A stretch of DNA of 64,000 nucleotides from an uncultured Gemmatimonadales bacterium (lineage in GTDB: Bacteria; Gemmatimonadota; Gemmatimonadetes; Gemmatimonadales; GWC2-71-9): the NCBI GenBank assembly GCA_963828735.1, contig CAWHFW010000002.1, positions 128,001 through 192,000 of the forward strand. The letters are read 5' to 3'. The notes below the pieces were generated by a model. It saw only the letters and a list, made by a program, of their open reading frames with translations. It made no database searches and was not told the origin of the DNA. The position numbers were made by a program, and so were the translations under genes. Below, piece by piece: positions 10,844 through 21,772 of the stretch; position 1 is the first letter of the stretch; every line of letters starts with the position of its first letter.

Positions 10844-10867
10844 GCGCGGGCGGCGGCGTGGAGGGCG

Positions 10868-11779
10868 TCAAAACCCATAGTTCACCCCTTCGCACACCCG
10901 CGCATCCGCCCGGAGGCGCTCCAGCCCACCGCACCGCGCGACGTATCCCGCGCGGTCCTCGACGCCGTAAACGAATTCGTCTAGATACTGTGCCAGCGCT
11001 GCCGGATCGCGCGAGATTTTCTCCCACGCGACATAGAACTCGTTGTCGCGATCATAGTAGCCCTGCGCGTACGACGGGTGCGCGCCCCACGGCTCGACGA
11101 CCACCGCGTCCACGGCCAGCCCCGGGATGAGCGTCCGATTGGGATCGGCCCGGATCACGCGCTCGTCTACCAGCTCCTCCACGACGACGATCACTCGCCG
11201 GGACGCGAAGGCGGCCTCCTTCTGCACGCCGAGCAGCCCCCAGATCTGGGTATTGCCCTGTGCGTCCGCGCGCTGGGCGTGCACGATGGTGACGTCCGGG
11301 TTGAGCGCCGGGACCGTCGCCAGGCGCTCGCCTGTGTACGGGCACTGGATCTGGGCGATCCTCGGATTGACGGCCGGGAGGTCCGTGCCCATGTAGTTCC
11401 GCATGGGCCAGAATGGGAGCCGGGCGGCCCCCGCGCTGAGGCGCCCCACCATCCCGAAATGCGAATACTCCTCGAGCTCGAGCAGCGGTCCACTCTTCGC
11501 TTCGACCGCGCGGCGGAAGGCATGCAGGGACCCCGCTCCGGGGTTTCCTGCCCAGGAAAAGACGAGCTTCCGGGCACAGCCGGCCGCGATCATCTGGTCG
11601 TAGATGAGGTCGGGCGTGAGGCGGCAGATGGTGAGGTCGCGCCGCCGCTGGCGAATGATCTCGTGCCCGGCGGCGAAGCAGATGAGATGGGTGAATCCCT
11701 CGATGACCACCGTGTCGCCGTCCCTGACCAGGGTGGCGACGGCCTCCCGCATGGTGGTGACCTTGGAATCGGCGCTCAA
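10868..11779 (-). CDS. CoA-transferase alpha subunit
   Basis: EAVATLVRDGDTV, HEIIRQ, HAQRADAQGN, GAHPS. TTG start overlaps the upstream stop. Confidence 0.9.
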   Translation of the reverse strand: MSADSKVTTMREAVATLVRDGDTVVIEGFTHLICFAAGHEIIRQRRRDLTICRLTPDLIYDQMIAAGCARKLVFSWAGNPGAGSLHAFRRAVEAKSGPLLELEEYSHFGMVGRLSAGAARLPFWPMRNYMGTDLPAVNPRIAQIQCPYTGERLATVPALNPDVTIVHAQRADAQGNTQIWGLLGVQKEAAFASRRVIVVVEELVDERVIRADPNRTLIPGLAVDAVVVEPWGAHPSYAQGYYDRDNEFYVAWEKISRDPAALAQYLDEFVYGVEDRAGYVARCGGLERLRADARVCEGVNYGF

Positions 11780-13101
11780 GCGATCTCGCTCAGCCCGGCG
11801 TCGATCATGGCGAGCGCGGTGTCGATGTCGCCCGCCCCTACCACGAGCGGCGGCGCGAGCCGCAGTGTGCTCTTTCCGGCGCCGAGCAGCAGGAGCCCGC
11901 GCTGGAAGGCGCCTTGCACGAGGCGGTCGACGATGTCGGGTGCGGGCTCGCGGGTGGCTCGGTCCTTCACGAACTCGACGCCGACCATGAGCCCGACCCC
12001 GCGCACGTCGCCGATGCAGCGATGCTTCTCGGCCAGCCGGCGGACGCCTGCCTGCAGGCGCTCGCCCATGCTGATCGCGTTCGCCATGAGTCCACCTTCG
12101 ACCAGATCGAGCGTCGCGAGGGCGGCGGCACAGCAGACCGGGTTGCCGCCGAAGGTCGAGCCATGGGAGCCGCTCTCCCAGGTGCTGATCGATTCCTTCG
12201 CGATGATGGCGCCGATGGGCATCCCGGAGCCGAGGCCCTTCGCCGTGAGCAGGATGTCCGGCTCGACGCCCTCGTGATCGCAGGCCCACATCTTTCCGGT
12301 CCGGCCGACGCCCGACTGCACCTCGTCGGCCACCAGGAGGATGCCGTACTTGTCGCAGACGGCGCGCAGGTCCCGAAGCCAGCCGGCGGGCGGGACCACG
12401 TAGCCCCCTTCTCCCTGAATCGGCTCCACGAAGATGGCCGCGACGTCGTGCGGGTCGAGATGACGGGCGAACAAGTCCTGTTCCAGGACGTCGATGCACC
12501 CGCGCGTGCACGCAGGTTTGTCGGCACACCACTGGCAGCGGTACCGGTACGCGAACGGAATGTGGTGGACGTCCGGCAGCAGCGGGCCGAATCCCGCGTG
12601 CTGCCGCGCCTTGCTGCTGGTGAGACTCACCGCCCCGGTGGATCGTCCGTGAAACGCGCCGCGGAAGGCGATGATGGCGGTCCGGCGTGTCGCATAGCGG
12701 GCAAGCTTGATGGCACCCTCGGTGGCCTCGGTGCCCGAGTTCGTCAGGAACACCCGCTTCTTGCTCGGTCCCGGCGCGATCCTGGCGAGCCGCTCGCACA
12801 GCGCCGCCATCCCCTCGTAGTAGAAGTCGGACCCGCAGATGTGGAGGAACCGGTCGGCAGCATCCTTGACCGCGGCCACGACCTTGGGGTGACCGTACCC
12901 CGTAGAGCACACCGCGATCCCGGCCATGAAGTCCAGATAGCGGTTGCCGTCCACGTCTTCCACCATCACGCCCTGACCTCGGGCGACGACGAGCGGGTAT
13001 TCCTTGATGTAGCACGAGGCCGTCCATGCCTCGTCGCGCTCGACAATCGCGCGGGCCTTGGGGCCCGGTGGAGGCACGAGGATCTTCGGGTAGTCAGGCA
13101 C
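11776..13101 (-). CDS. Class III PLP aminotransferase (4-aminobutyrate/acetylornithine type)
   Basis: NSGTEATE, FHGR, EPIQGEGG, DEVQSGVGRTG, AKGL (PLP Lys), HGSTFGGNP. Confidence 0.92.
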   Translation of the reverse strand: MPDYPKILVPPPGPKARAIVERDEAWTASCYIKEYPLVVARGQGVMVEDVDGNRYLDFMAGIAVCSTGYGHPKVVAAVKDAADRFLHICGSDFYYEGMAALCERLARIAPGPSKKRVFLTNSGTEATEGAIKLARYATRRTAIIAFRGAFHGRSTGAVSLTSSKARQHAGFGPLLPDVHHIPFAYRYRCQWCADKPACTRGCIDVLEQDLFARHLDPHDVAAIFVEPIQGEGGYVVPPAGWLRDLRAVCDKYGILLVADEVQSGVGRTGKMWACDHEGVEPDILLTAKGLGSGMPIGAIIAKESISTWESGSHGSTFGGNPVCCAAALATLDLVEGGLMANAISMGERLQAGVRRLAEKHRCIGDVRGVGLMVGVEFVKDRATREPAPDIVDRLVQGAFQRGLLLLGAGKSTLRLAPPLVVGAGDIDTALAMIDAGLSEIA

Positions 13102-13113
13102 GGCTGGCTCCGT

Positions 13114-14694
13114 TCATGGATACGACTCCTGCTCGATCACCGTTCTGCTCTGCTCGCGGGTGAACTGCGCGACGTAGTACGGTCCGCATCCGCCCTTCCC
13201 GGTCGACCCGGAACCCTTCCAGCCGCAGAACGGCTGGGCCCCGGGCCATGCGCCCGTCGTGGCGCCCGTGCGCTTGTTCGCGTAGCACACGCCGGCCTCG
13301 ATCTCGTCAAAGAACCGGGCGACCTCGGCGGCGTCGCCGGAGAAGATACCGGCGGTCAGGCCGTATTCGACGCGGTTCGCCTGCTCCAGTGCCTCGTCGA
13401 GGCTCTCGACCTCGCCGACGGCCAGGAAGGGCACGAACAGCTCTTCCCGGAAGAGCGCGCTGTCGAGTGGCAGTCGCGCGACGGTGGGCGCCACGAAGTG
13501 CCCGCGCTCGAACACCCCGCCCGTGAGCCGTGTTCCGCCGTGCAGCACTTGGCCCTCCTTCCGCGCCTGAGCGACTGCGCGCTGGTATCGCTCCACCGAC
13601 CGTTCGTTGATCACGGGCCCGAAAAACACGTCGCGTTCCGAGGGATCGCCCATGCGCATCGCCCGGGTCCGCTCGAGGAGACGCTCCAGGAACGGCCCCG
13701 CCACGGCGCGCTGAACGTATACCCGGCTCGTCGCGCTGCACTTCTGATTCTGCAGGCTGAACGCCGAGCGCATCACCCCTTCGGCGGCGGCGTCGAGATC
13801 CGCCGATTCCATCACGATCGCGGCGTTCTTCCCGCCGAGCTCGAGGAGGCAGGGCTTCACGAAGCCCGCGCTCAATCCGGCGTGAATCCGGAGGCCCACG
13901 GCCTTGGAGCCGGTGAATACCACTCCATCGACCCCGGGGTGCTGCCACAGCGGGTCGCCGATGGCGTCGCGGTCGCCGACGAGCAGGTTGAACACGCCCG
14001 CCGGGAGACCCGCGTCGCGGTAGATCTCGTACAGACGGAGACCGGTGAGCGGTGTGTCCTCGGCCGGCTTGTAGACCACCGCGTTCCCCGCGGCGAGCGC
14101 GGCGGACGACATCCCGGCGGACAGGGCGAGCGGGAAGTTGAATGGGGCGATACAGGCGAACACGCCGTACGGGCGGAGCACGTCGGTGTTGCGCTCGATC
14201 GGCGTAATACGCTCCATCGGCCGTACGAAGCCGTCCGCGTCCTCGACCTGGCCGCAGTAGTACTCGATCAGATCGGCCGACTCCTCGGCATCTCCCATCG
14301 CCTCGAGCCGGCTCTTCCCGACCTCAAGGCACATGAGGGCCGCCAGGTCGTACTTCCGCTCGCGAATGAGCGCGGCCGCGCGCCGGAGGATCTCGAGGCG
14401 CTCGCGCCACGGCCGGCGAGCCCAGCCGAGCTGCGCCCCGCGCGCTGCCGCGACGGCACGATCGACGTCGGCCACGGTGGCGCGGGCGAAGCGGCCCAGG
14501 ACCATCGAGGTGTCGATCGGCGAACGGTCCACCAGCGGGTCGCCGCCGTGGTCCACCGCTTCGCCGCCGACGTAGAACGGATAGCGCGCGCCGGCCGCCG
14601 CGCGGACGGCCGTGAGCGCCGAGTCGAAGCGGCGGTGGAACTCGTCGAGGTCGCCCGACGCGGAGGTGTAGGTAATCTTCGCGGGGGCGGTCAC
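13114..14694 (-). CDS. Aldehyde dehydrogenase (P5C/semialdehyde dehydrogenase-like)
   Basis: APFNFP, FTGS, LELGGKN, QKCSA (catalytic Cys), EELFVP, YGLTAG. Confidence 0.92.
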   Translation of the reverse strand: MTAPAKITYTSASGDLDEFHRRFDSALTAVRAAAGARYPFYVGGEAVDHGGDPLVDRSPIDTSMVLGRFARATVADVDRAVAAARGAQLGWARRPWRERLEILRRAAALIRERKYDLAALMCLEVGKSRLEAMGDAEESADLIEYYCGQVEDADGFVRPMERITPIERNTDVLRPYGVFACIAPFNFPLALSAGMSSAALAAGNAVVYKPAEDTPLTGLRLYEIYRDAGLPAGVFNLLVGDRDAIGDPLWQHPGVDGVVFTGSKAVGLRIHAGLSAGFVKPCLLELGGKNAAIVMESADLDAAAEGVMRSAFSLQNQKCSATSRVYVQRAVAGPFLERLLERTRAMRMGDPSERDVFFGPVINERSVERYQRAVAQARKEGQVLHGGTRLTGGVFERGHFVAPTVARLPLDSALFREELFVPFLAVGEVESLDEALEQANRVEYGLTAGIFSGDAAEVARFFDEIEAGVCYANKRTGATTGAWPGAQPFCGWKGSGSTGKGGCGPYYVAQFTREQSRTVIEQESYP

Positions 14695-16064
14695 ACGATG
14701 GCTCCGATCCGCTCGACCGTGGCGCGGAGCGCCTTGCCGAATCGCTGAACGATGAGGTCGATCTCCTCGTGGCTCACCACGAATGGCGGCGCCAGCATGG
14801 CGAGATCACCGTTGATGCCGTCGGCCTGACCGACATTGGGCCACACCACGAGTCCTGCATCGAGCGCGGCGTCGGTGAAGGACTCGGCGAATCGGGCCGA
14901 ACGCGGGAAAGGCGCTCGCGTCGCCGGATCGGCCACGAATTCCACCCCGGCCAGGAGTCCCCTGCCCCGCACGTCTCCGACGCACGGCAGCTCGCGCAGC
15001 GACTCGAGCCGTGCATGAAAGGCCGGAGCGATCGTGGCGCACCGCTCGACCAGGGCGTGCTGGCGGAGGTACCGGAGCGTGGCCACGCCCCCGGCGCACA
15101 GTGTCGCGTGATGCGAGAACGTCTGGGCATGCAGCAAGGCGCCCGAGCCGCCAGCCAGCACGTCGGCTATCCGTCGAGGGGCCACCACCGCGGACAGCGG
15201 CACGTAGCCGCCGCCGATCCCTTTTCCCAGCGTCATGATGTCCGGTACCACACCGTACGGCTCCAGGGCGGACCAGGTGCCGGTCCGTCCGGCGCCGGTC
15301 AGCACCTCGTCGGCCACCAGCAGGACCCGGTGCTGGTCGCAGGCCGCGCGAACGCGTCGCCAGAACTCCGGCGAAGGCACCGAGGCGCCACTCGAGGAGC
15401 CGCCGATCGGTTCCGCGATCACGGCGGCGACGGTCTCGACGCCCTCGCGCACGATGGCGGCCTCGACCGCTTCGCCGCTGCAGCTCGGGCAGAGCCGCGG
15501 TACGCCTCGACATTCGCAACGATACGCGTAGGGTGCGGGAACCCGCACGATCTCGACGAGCCAGTCGCTGAAATAAGTCTTGTAGTGCTCGCGGGCGGAC
15601 GCCGACAGCGCGAGCAGGGTGTTGCCGTGGTAGGCGGGTGTGAGGGCGATGATCTTGCGCCGGGACGACTCGCCGGACTCGACCCAGTATTGCCGGGCCA
15701 GCTTGAGCGCGGCTTCGACCGCCTCGGACCCGCTCGTGAGCGGATACACCAGCTCGAGATCCCCGGGCGAGCGCCGGGCGATCTCCGCCGCGAACTCCTC
15801 TACGGGATCGTTGGTGAACGCGGTGCCGTTCACATAGGCCACTCGCTCCGCCTGGCGAGCGATGGCGTCCGCGATCTCCCGCACGCCGTGCCCCACGTTC
15901 GCGACGAAGGCCCCGCCGACGGCGTCCAGGTAGCTCCGCCCCTCCGCATCATGCAGCCAGCACCCTTCCGCCCGGACGACGCGGGGATACCGCCGCGTCA
16001 GCTTCCGGTAGAACACGTGGGAACGGCTGAGGTCGTCGCTGGGCATGGTGATCGGTATGGCCAA
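14691..16064 (-). CDS. Class III PLP aminotransferase (omega-amino acid/diamine type); start may be 16046
   Basis: SGSEAVEAALK, YHGNT, DEVLTGAGRTG, GKGIGGGY, HAQTF. Confidence 0.9.
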   Translation of the reverse strand: MAIPITMPSDDLSRSHVFYRKLTRRYPRVVRAEGCWLHDAEGRSYLDAVGGAFVANVGHGVREIADAIARQAERVAYVNGTAFTNDPVEEFAAEIARRSPGDLELVYPLTSGSEAVEAALKLARQYWVESGESSRRKIIALTPAYHGNTLLALSASAREHYKTYFSDWLVEIVRVPAPYAYRCECRGVPRLCPSCSGEAVEAAIVREGVETVAAVIAEPIGGSSSGASVPSPEFWRRVRAACDQHRVLLVADEVLTGAGRTGTWSALEPYGVVPDIMTLGKGIGGGYVPLSAVVAPRRIADVLAGGSGALLHAQTFSHHATLCAGGVATLRYLRQHALVERCATIAPAFHARLESLRELPCVGDVRGRGLLAGVEFVADPATRAPFPRSARFAESFTDAALDAGLVVWPNVGQADGINGDLAMLAPPFVVSHEEIDLIVQRFGKALRATVERIGAIV

Positions 16065-16158
16065 CCGGAGGGGACCGTCGGCCGAGCGCGGAATGTGGCC
16101 GGGTCCCGAGACGGGCGCCAGGGGCGGAAGGGCCCGAGCCGCGGGAACTCAGGCGGTC

Positions 16159-16174
16159 TGGCCCGCATTCTGCA
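16159..16174 (+). promoter_or_regulatory. Candidate sigma54 (-24/-12) promoter
   Basis: TGGCCCG-CATT-CTGCA with correct GG-N10-GC spacing, about 65 nt upstream of ORF 16238. Confidence 0.4.
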
Positions 16175-16237
16175 GGGTAAGAACCCGGCGCCTCCCCTCT
16201 AGGCGTAACCGGCAACCTCATCCGCTGGTGGCCGACC

Positions 16238-16696
16238 ATGCAATCACATCTCGTCGTCGACGCCCTACGGGATCAGCTCCTCCAGATCCTCGACTGGTAT
16301 CACCACGGCGTGCGCCGGTTCCAATGGGGCACCGTCATTCACCGGCGCAATGAGCGTGGCAAACTGCGGTTCGGCGCCATCACCCCGCAAGGCGAAAGCC
16401 TCCTGCTGAGCGAGCCTCTCCTGGAGGAGCTGGGAGCCGGGACCTGCTGGCTGGATGGCGCCGTCCGGGTGCGGCTCGAGAACCGCCGTATCTCCGATCC
16501 GCATCCGTGGCTGGACGCGCTGGCGCGCCCCAATCGGGCGCCGCTGGTCGAGGCGGTGGCCGTGTACTTCGATCCCGGTACGTCGCCCCAGGAGGCGATG
16601 ACGTTCCAGGCGATGGCCGGAGTGTTGACCCCGGCCAAGTGCCCGTCCGAGCTGTTTCTGCTGACCAAGGAGCGGCCCGCCGGCTGGCCCACCTAG
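16238..16696 (+). CDS. Hypothetical protein (152 aa)
   Basis: Only natural-looking ORF in the gap; ATG start, followed by a strong hairpin; no family recognised. Confidence 0.75.
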   Translation: MQSHLVVDALRDQLLQILDWYHHGVRRFQWGTVIHRRNERGKLRFGAITPQGESLLLSEPLLEELGAGTCWLDGAVRVRLENRRISDPHPWLDALARPNRAPLVEAVAVYFDPGTSPQEAMTFQAMAGVLTPAKCPSELFLLTKERPAGWPT

Positions 16697-16738
16697 ACGC
16701 ATGTGACCCGGCTGAGCCGGTCCAGATGGCCTGCACGA

Positions 16739-16772
16739 CGAAGGGGGCATGCTCTCGAGCATGCCCCCTTCG
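16739..16772. terminator. Bidirectional terminator-like hairpin between convergent genes
   Basis: Perfect 15-bp inverted repeat CGAAGGGGGCATGCT-ctcg-AGCATGCCCCCTTCG. Confidence 0.7.
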
Positions 16773-16808
16773 CTTCGTTCAGGCGAGTCGGCGGTTTACG
16801 CCGCCGAG

Positions 16809-19010
16809 TCATTTCAGGAACAGCAGCGTCCGGTAGTTCGGCAGCGGCCACAGATCCGCCGCGACCACCGCCTCGAGCGCGTCACCCGTTTCCCGCAATC
16901 GCTGCATCGCCGGCTTCAGCTCCCGCGCAATCTGCGCGGCGTGTCGTGCGGGGTCCGCCTCCTGGTGGCCGGCAAGCCGCTCCACCTCGGCGGTCCGGGC
17001 ACGGAACTGCGTGACGAGCTCGACCAGCTCGCGCAGGGCCTGCGTGCTGTCGCTGGCGTCCACGCCGGCCGCTTTGGTCGCGGCAACCGCGTCGGCCACC
17101 CGGCGCTGATGCTCCAGCGCGGCGGGCAGGAGCTGCGACTTCGCGATCAGGACCATCGTTTCCGCCTCGATACCGAGCTGCTTGACGAACTTCTCGATGG
17201 CGATGTGGATCCGCGAGTCGTACTCCGACCTGGTGAGCACACCGTACTTCCGGAACAGGTCCGAGTTCTTCTTGGCCCGCAGCACCTGGAACGCCGCCAC
17301 CGAGTCCTTGAGATTCGGCAGTCCGCGGCGATCGGCCTCGGCGTGCCACTCCTCGGAGTAGTTGTCCCCGTCGAAGATGACCCGCTTGTGCTCCTTGATG
17401 AGGCGCTTGAGCACGCTCAGCACGCCCTGCTGCAGGCGCGCGGGCGACGGCTTGGCGCCGACGGCCTTCTCGAGCTGCGTGGCCACGTAGTCGAGCGATT
17501 CGGCCACCATCGTGTTGAGCACGGTGTTGGGCCAGGCTATGCTTGCGCTCGAGCCCACCGCCCGGAACTCGAACTTGTTCCCCGTGAAGGCGAACGGCGA
17601 GGTCCGGTTCCGGTCGCCCGAGTGCCGCGGGAGCTGGGGGAGCGTCCTCGCGCCGAGGTCGAGGGTGCCGCCACGGATGGTCCGCTTGGGCAATCCCTTC
17701 TCCACCTGCTCCAGGATGTCGCCCAGCATCTTGCCGAGGAAGATCGAGATGATGGCCGGCGGCGCTTCGTTGGCGCCCAGGCGGTGGTCGTTCGCCGCCG
17801 AGGCAATCGACGCCCGCAGGAGGTCGGCGTGGAGGTCCACGGCCCGGATCGTCGCCACGAGGAACACCAGGAACTGCATGTTGGTGTGCGTGTCGTCCCG
17901 CGGATCGAGCAGGTTGACGCCGGTGTCCGTGCTCATGGACCAGTTGTTGTGCTTCCCGGATCCGTTGACGCCGGCGAACGGCTTCTCGTGGAGCAGCGCC
18001 TGGAGCCCGTACCGCGGGGCCACCCGCTTCAGGGTCTCCATGATGAGCATCTGGTGGTCGCTCGCGATGTGGCTCGGCTCGAACAGGGGCGCGATCTCGT
18101 ACTGGCCGGGCGCGACCTCGTTGTGCCGGGTCTTCACCGGGACGCCAAGCCGATAGAGCTCGCGCTCCGATTCGGACATGAACGCGAGAACACGCGGCGG
18201 GATCGTCCCGAAATAGTGATCCTCGAGCTGCTGACCCTTGGGTGGCTTGGCGCCGAACAGGGTGCGCTCGGATGTGATCAGGTCGGGCCGCTTGTAGTAC
18301 AGGTCGCGGTCGATCAGGAAGTACTCCTGCTCGGGGCCGACCGTGGTGTAGACCCGGTTCACACCCGCGTCGGTGCCGAAGATCCGGAGCACGCGCAGCG
18401 CCTGGTGCGAGAGCGCCTCGACGGATCGAAGCAGCGGGATCTTGGTGTCGAGCGCCTCGCCGGTCCAGGACACGAAGGCCGTCGGAATGCAGAGGGTGAC
18501 ATTATTGTCGCCCCGCATGAGGAACGCCGGACTGGTGGCGTCCCAGGCGGTGTAGCCGCGGGCCTCGAAGGTGGCGCGGATGCCGCCCGACGGAAAGCTC
18601 GATGCATCCGGCTCGCCCTGCACCAAGTCGCTTCCCGAGAAGTTGAACACCACCCCGCCGTTCCCGTCCGGCGCGGCGAGCGAGTCGTGCTTCTCGGCGG
18701 TCAGGCCGGTGAGGGGCTGGAACCAGTGGGTATAGTGGGTGGCGCCGTTCTCGATCGCCCAATCCTTCATCGTGGCCGCGACGACGTCGGCCACGGCCGG
18801 GTCGAGCGGTTCGCCGTGGTCGATGGTGCGGAGGAGGCTCCGATAGACCTCCTTCGGGAGACGCTTCTGCATGATGCTGCGCGAGAAGATGTCGCTGCCG
18901 AAGATCGAGTCGATCCGGTCGGCCGGCGTCGGCGCGCCGTCGAGCGTGCGTGCGGGTGTGGTCACGAGCGGGTGGACCTCGGGGCGAAGGGTGGACGGGA
19001 AAGGAGACAA
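16809..19010 (-). CDS. glnA: Glutamine synthetase type III (exact start uncertain)
   Basis: [69 protein letters not shown]; about 720 aa. Confidence 0.95.
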   Translation of the reverse strand: MSPFPSTLRPEVHPLVTTPARTLDGAPTPADRIDSIFGSDIFSRSIMQKRLPKEVYRSLLRTIDHGEPLDPAVADVVAATMKDWAIENGATHYTHWFQPLTGLTAEKHDSLAAPDGNGGVVFNFSGSDLVQGEPDASSFPSGGIRATFEARGYTAWDATSPAFLMRGDNNVTLCIPTAFVSWTGEALDTKIPLLRSVEALSHQALRVLRIFGTDAGVNRVYTTVGPEQEYFLIDRDLYYKRPDLITSERTLFGAKPPKGQQLEDHYFGTIPPRVLAFMSESERELYRLGVPVKTRHNEVAPGQYEIAPLFEPSHIASDHQMLIMETLKRVAPRYGLQALLHEKPFAGVNGSGKHNNWSMSTDTGVNLLDPRDDTHTNMQFLVFLVATIRAVDLHADLLRASIASAANDHRLGANEAPPAIISIFLGKMLGDILEQVEKGLPKRTIRGGTLDLGARTLPQLPRHSGDRNRTSPFAFTGNKFEFRAVGSSASIAWPNTVLNTMVAESLDYVATQLEKAVGAKPSPARLQQGVLSVLKRLIKEHKRVIFDGDNYSEEWHAEADRRGLPNLKDSVAAFQVLRAKKNSDLFRKYGVLTRSEYDSRIHIAIEKFVKQLGIEAETMVLIAKSQLLPAALEHQRRVADAVAATKAAGVDASDSTQALRELVELVTQFRARTAEVERLAGHQEADPARHAAQIARELKPAMQRLRETGDALEAVVAADLWPLPNYRTLLFLK

Positions 19011-19038
19011 GATAATCGAGCAGGCGGAAAACAGTCAC

Positions 19039-19060
19039 GGCGGAGACTGCCGTCTCCGCC
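19039..19060 (-). terminator. Hairpin between cysK and glnA
   Basis: GGCGGAGAC-N4-GTCTCCGCC followed on the minus strand by a short GTTTT. Confidence 0.4.
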
Positions 19061-19125
19061 GCGTCCGCTGGCTCGACCCGAACCACGCGGGCTCTAGGCG
19101 ACCCATCCCTCCAGGCCATCCCGCG

Positions 19126-20121
19126 TCACGCGACCGCCGCCGGCTCGGTCAGCGCATCATCGACGTCGGAAAAATCGGGCTCGGCCAGCTCGACGTAGAC
19201 CGGATTCGACAAGTACCGCTCCCCGAAATCGCACACGACCGACACGATGAGCTTGCCGGCGCTCTCCGGTCGGGCCGCGATCTGGAGAGCGGCCCACGTG
19301 ATCGACCCGCTCGAAATGCCCGCGAAGATCGCCTCCTCCCGCACCAGGCGCCGCGCCGTCGCGATCGCGTCCTCGTTGCTCACGCGCACGACCTCGTCGT
19401 AGATCTTGGTGTCGAGCAGGCTCGGAATGAACCCCGCCCCGATCCCCTGCTGTCGGTGGGGCGAGGGCTGGCCGCCCGAGAGCACCGGGCTCTCGGCCGG
19501 CTCGACGGCGACGATATGGATGCCGGGCTTCCGCTCACGCAGGTAGCGCCCGGCCCCGGTGATCGTTCCGCCCGTGCCGACGCCCGAGACGAACACGTCC
19601 ACCTTGCCTTCCGTGTCGTCCCAGATCTCCGGGCCGGTCGCGCGATAGTGAATGGCCGGATTGGCCGGATTGTCGAACTGGCGCGGCATCCAGGCGCGAT
19701 CACCCAGACGAGCCAGGATGCCCTCGGCTCGCGCGATCGCTCCCTTCATGCCCTTGGGCCCCTCGGTGAGGACGACCTTGCACCCCAGCGCCCGCAGCAG
19801 GTTCCGCCGCTCGAGCGTCATGGTCTCCGGCATCGTGAAGATGCAGCGATAGCCCCGCGCGGCGGCGACGTAGGCGAGGCCGATGCCGGTGTTCCCCGAC
19901 GTGGGCTCGACGATGAACATGCCCGGGCGCAGCCGGCCCTTCTCGACCGCGTCGTTGATCATCGCGGCGCCGATCCGATCCTTCACTGACTCGTACGGGT
20001 TGTAGCCCTCGTGCTTGACGACGATCCGGCCCGGCAGGCCCTGGCCGAGCCGGTTGAGGCGGATGAGCGGGGTGTTGCCGACGGTCTCCGTGACGTCCTG
20101 ATAAATCCTTCCGTGGGGCAT
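19126..20121 (-). CDS. cysK: Cysteine synthase A
   Basis: VGNTPL, SVKDRI (PLP Lys), [26 protein letters not shown]. Confidence 0.95.
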   Translation of the reverse strand: MPHGRIYQDVTETVGNTPLIRLNRLGQGLPGRIVVKHEGYNPYESVKDRIGAAMINDAVEKGRLRPGMFIVEPTSGNTGIGLAYVAAARGYRCIFTMPETMTLERRNLLRALGCKVVLTEGPKGMKGAIARAEGILARLGDRAWMPRQFDNPANPAIHYRATGPEIWDDTEGKVDVFVSGVGTGGTITGAGRYLRERKPGIHIVAVEPAESPVLSGGQPSPHRQQGIGAGFIPSLLDTKIYDEVVRVSNEDAIATARRLVREEAIFAGISSGSITWAALQIAARPESAGKLIVSVVCDFGERYLSNPVYVELAEPDFSDVDDALTEPAAVA

Positions 20122-20182
20122 AGCGACCTCGTGGAACGGCGGGACACGCGCGGTGGCCGATGGCCCAAGATATAGTGCCCGC

Positions 20183-21202
20183 TTAGGAGGGTGGGAAGAG
20201 ATCGCGCCGCGCGCAGTCCCGGGCCAGGGCTTCGAGCGCATCGGCCCGCCACTGCCCCCGATCGGTCAGCCGGTCGAGCAGGGCTCCCGGAAGCGCGGGC
20301 CGGCCCACACGGCCGCCCACGATGCCCCCCGTCATCGCCGCCATGGTGTCGGTGTCCCCCCCGACCTCGATCGCAGTGCAGACCGCGGTCCAGTAGTCGT
20401 CCGGCGTCCGGAGGGCGGCGTACAGGCTCCACGCCACGCTCGGCACCACATGGCTCGAGATGCCGCGCCAGGCCCCGACCTCGCCGGGGTCCAGCCTGGC
20501 TTCGCGCAGGCGTTCCTTGGCGGAGTCCGGGGGCAGGTCGAGCCAGTCTCCCAGTGCGTGCACGACGTCCGCCATCTCCGCATCGGCCCCTGCCACGACG
20601 CGGGCGACCTCTCGGAGCACCCGCGCGCGGTCGATCGGACCTGGCTGCGCGATCAAGCCCGCCGCGACCGCCACCGCCACGGCCCCACCAACACAGCGGG
20701 AATCGAGATGCGTCACGCGGCATTGCTCGGCGGCCACGGACGCCAGTCGCTCGGGATCGTGGGCGAGGAGAACGCCGAGCGGCGCCACGCGCATGGCGCC
20801 GCCATTCCCCGCGTAGGGTGCCGGCGCGCCGGCCTCCGCCCAGGTCGCGCCGGCGATGAGCCGCGCCGCGGCGCCATGGGTGCCAGGGCCCGCCCCGACC
20901 GGCTTGCCGATGCGAAACAGCTCCGCCACGCCGGCGGCAAACGCAGCCGGCTCCCAGCGACCCGCGTCGCGCACCGAGCGAAGGAGTACGCGGGCGAGCT
21001 GGGTATCGTCACTGTATTGGCCGAAGGGAAAGTTGTGGTGGGCTCGCGTGCCCACCGTTCGGGGGCCGAGCTCGGTTCGGACATACGCTTCGGCGAGAGC
21101 GCAGGGAGCCGCCTCCACGACGAATCCCAGGGCGTCACCGAGCGCGAGCCCGAGGAGGGAGCCCGCAACCCGATCTGGGACCGCCAGGGGCGCCACGCTC
21201 AT
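20183..21202 (-). CDS. ADP-ribosylglycohydrolase (DraG/ARH family)
   Basis: [28 protein letters not shown] motifs. Confidence 0.9.
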   Translation of the reverse strand: MSVAPLAVPDRVAGSLLGLALGDALGFVVEAAPCALAEAYVRTELGPRTVGTRAHHNFPFGQYSDDTQLARVLLRSVRDAGRWEPAAFAAGVAELFRIGKPVGAGPGTHGAAARLIAGATWAEAGAPAPYAGNGGAMRVAPLGVLLAHDPERLASVAAEQCRVTHLDSRCVGGAVAVAVAAGLIAQPGPIDRARVLREVARVVAGADAEMADVVHALGDWLDLPPDSAKERLREARLDPGEVGAWRGISSHVVPSVAWSLYAALRTPDDYWTAVCTAIEVGGDTDTMAAMTGGIVGGRVGRPALPGALLDRLTDRGQWRADALEALARDCARRDLFPPS

Positions 21203-21425
21203 CGCGGAACGAATGCCGGTACAGGGCCACCGGCCCGCGCCGTGTCGGGACCCGATCGGTCAGTGGCCGGGCGCGGTGTCACGTGCCGGTCATGTCGGTG
21301 ATGACAGGACCAGTGTTCAGGTGGAACATGGAAGGTAAGAAACGGATGGTGGAAGAGCCGGACAAGGAGGGACTCGAATGCTCGATGCTTTTCGGGACGT
21401 CGGCGTTCGAGATTGATCCATCGCT

Positions 21426-21455
21426 GGCCGGGCGGCAGCGAGCTGCCGCCCGGCC
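21426..21455 (-). terminator. Hairpin downstream of ORF 21470
   Basis: GGCCGGGCGGCAGC-ga-GCTGCCGCCCGGCC, about 15 nt after the stop. Confidence 0.55.
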
Positions 21456-21469
21456 GAGCGGGGTATGAA

Positions 21470-21772
21470 CTAGGATCCTACTTGCTCACCCAGGAAAGTC
21501 TTGGCCTTGGTCACTTCCGCATCCCATTTCGTCAACTGCTCGGGGGTCAGGAATTTCACGACCCGCTCGCGCATGGTGCCGCGAACTTCCTGGATCTTGG
21601 ACACGGCCTCGGCTTTGGTGATGTTCGGATTCTTCTGGCGGACTTCGTCGATCTTGTCGTGCGCATTCTCGAGTGCGGTCTTGAGCTGGGTCTTCTGGGC
21701 GTCGGACAGATTGAGATCGGCGGCGAAACGCTTGAGCTCTGTCTCGACGACTTCGATAAGTTCGGCTCTCAT
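21470..21772 (-). CDS. Small helical protein, Spy/CpxP-like (LTxxQ motifs), no signal peptide
   Basis: GAGGAG RBS; LNLSDAQKTQLK and FLTPEQ motifs; Lys-rich, visibly lower GC than neighbours. Confidence 0.75.
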   Translation of the reverse strand: MRAELIEVVETELKRFAADLNLSDAQKTQLKTALENAHDKIDEVRQKNPNITKAEAVSKIQEVRGTMRERVVKFLTPEQLTKWDAEVTKAKTFLGEQVGS

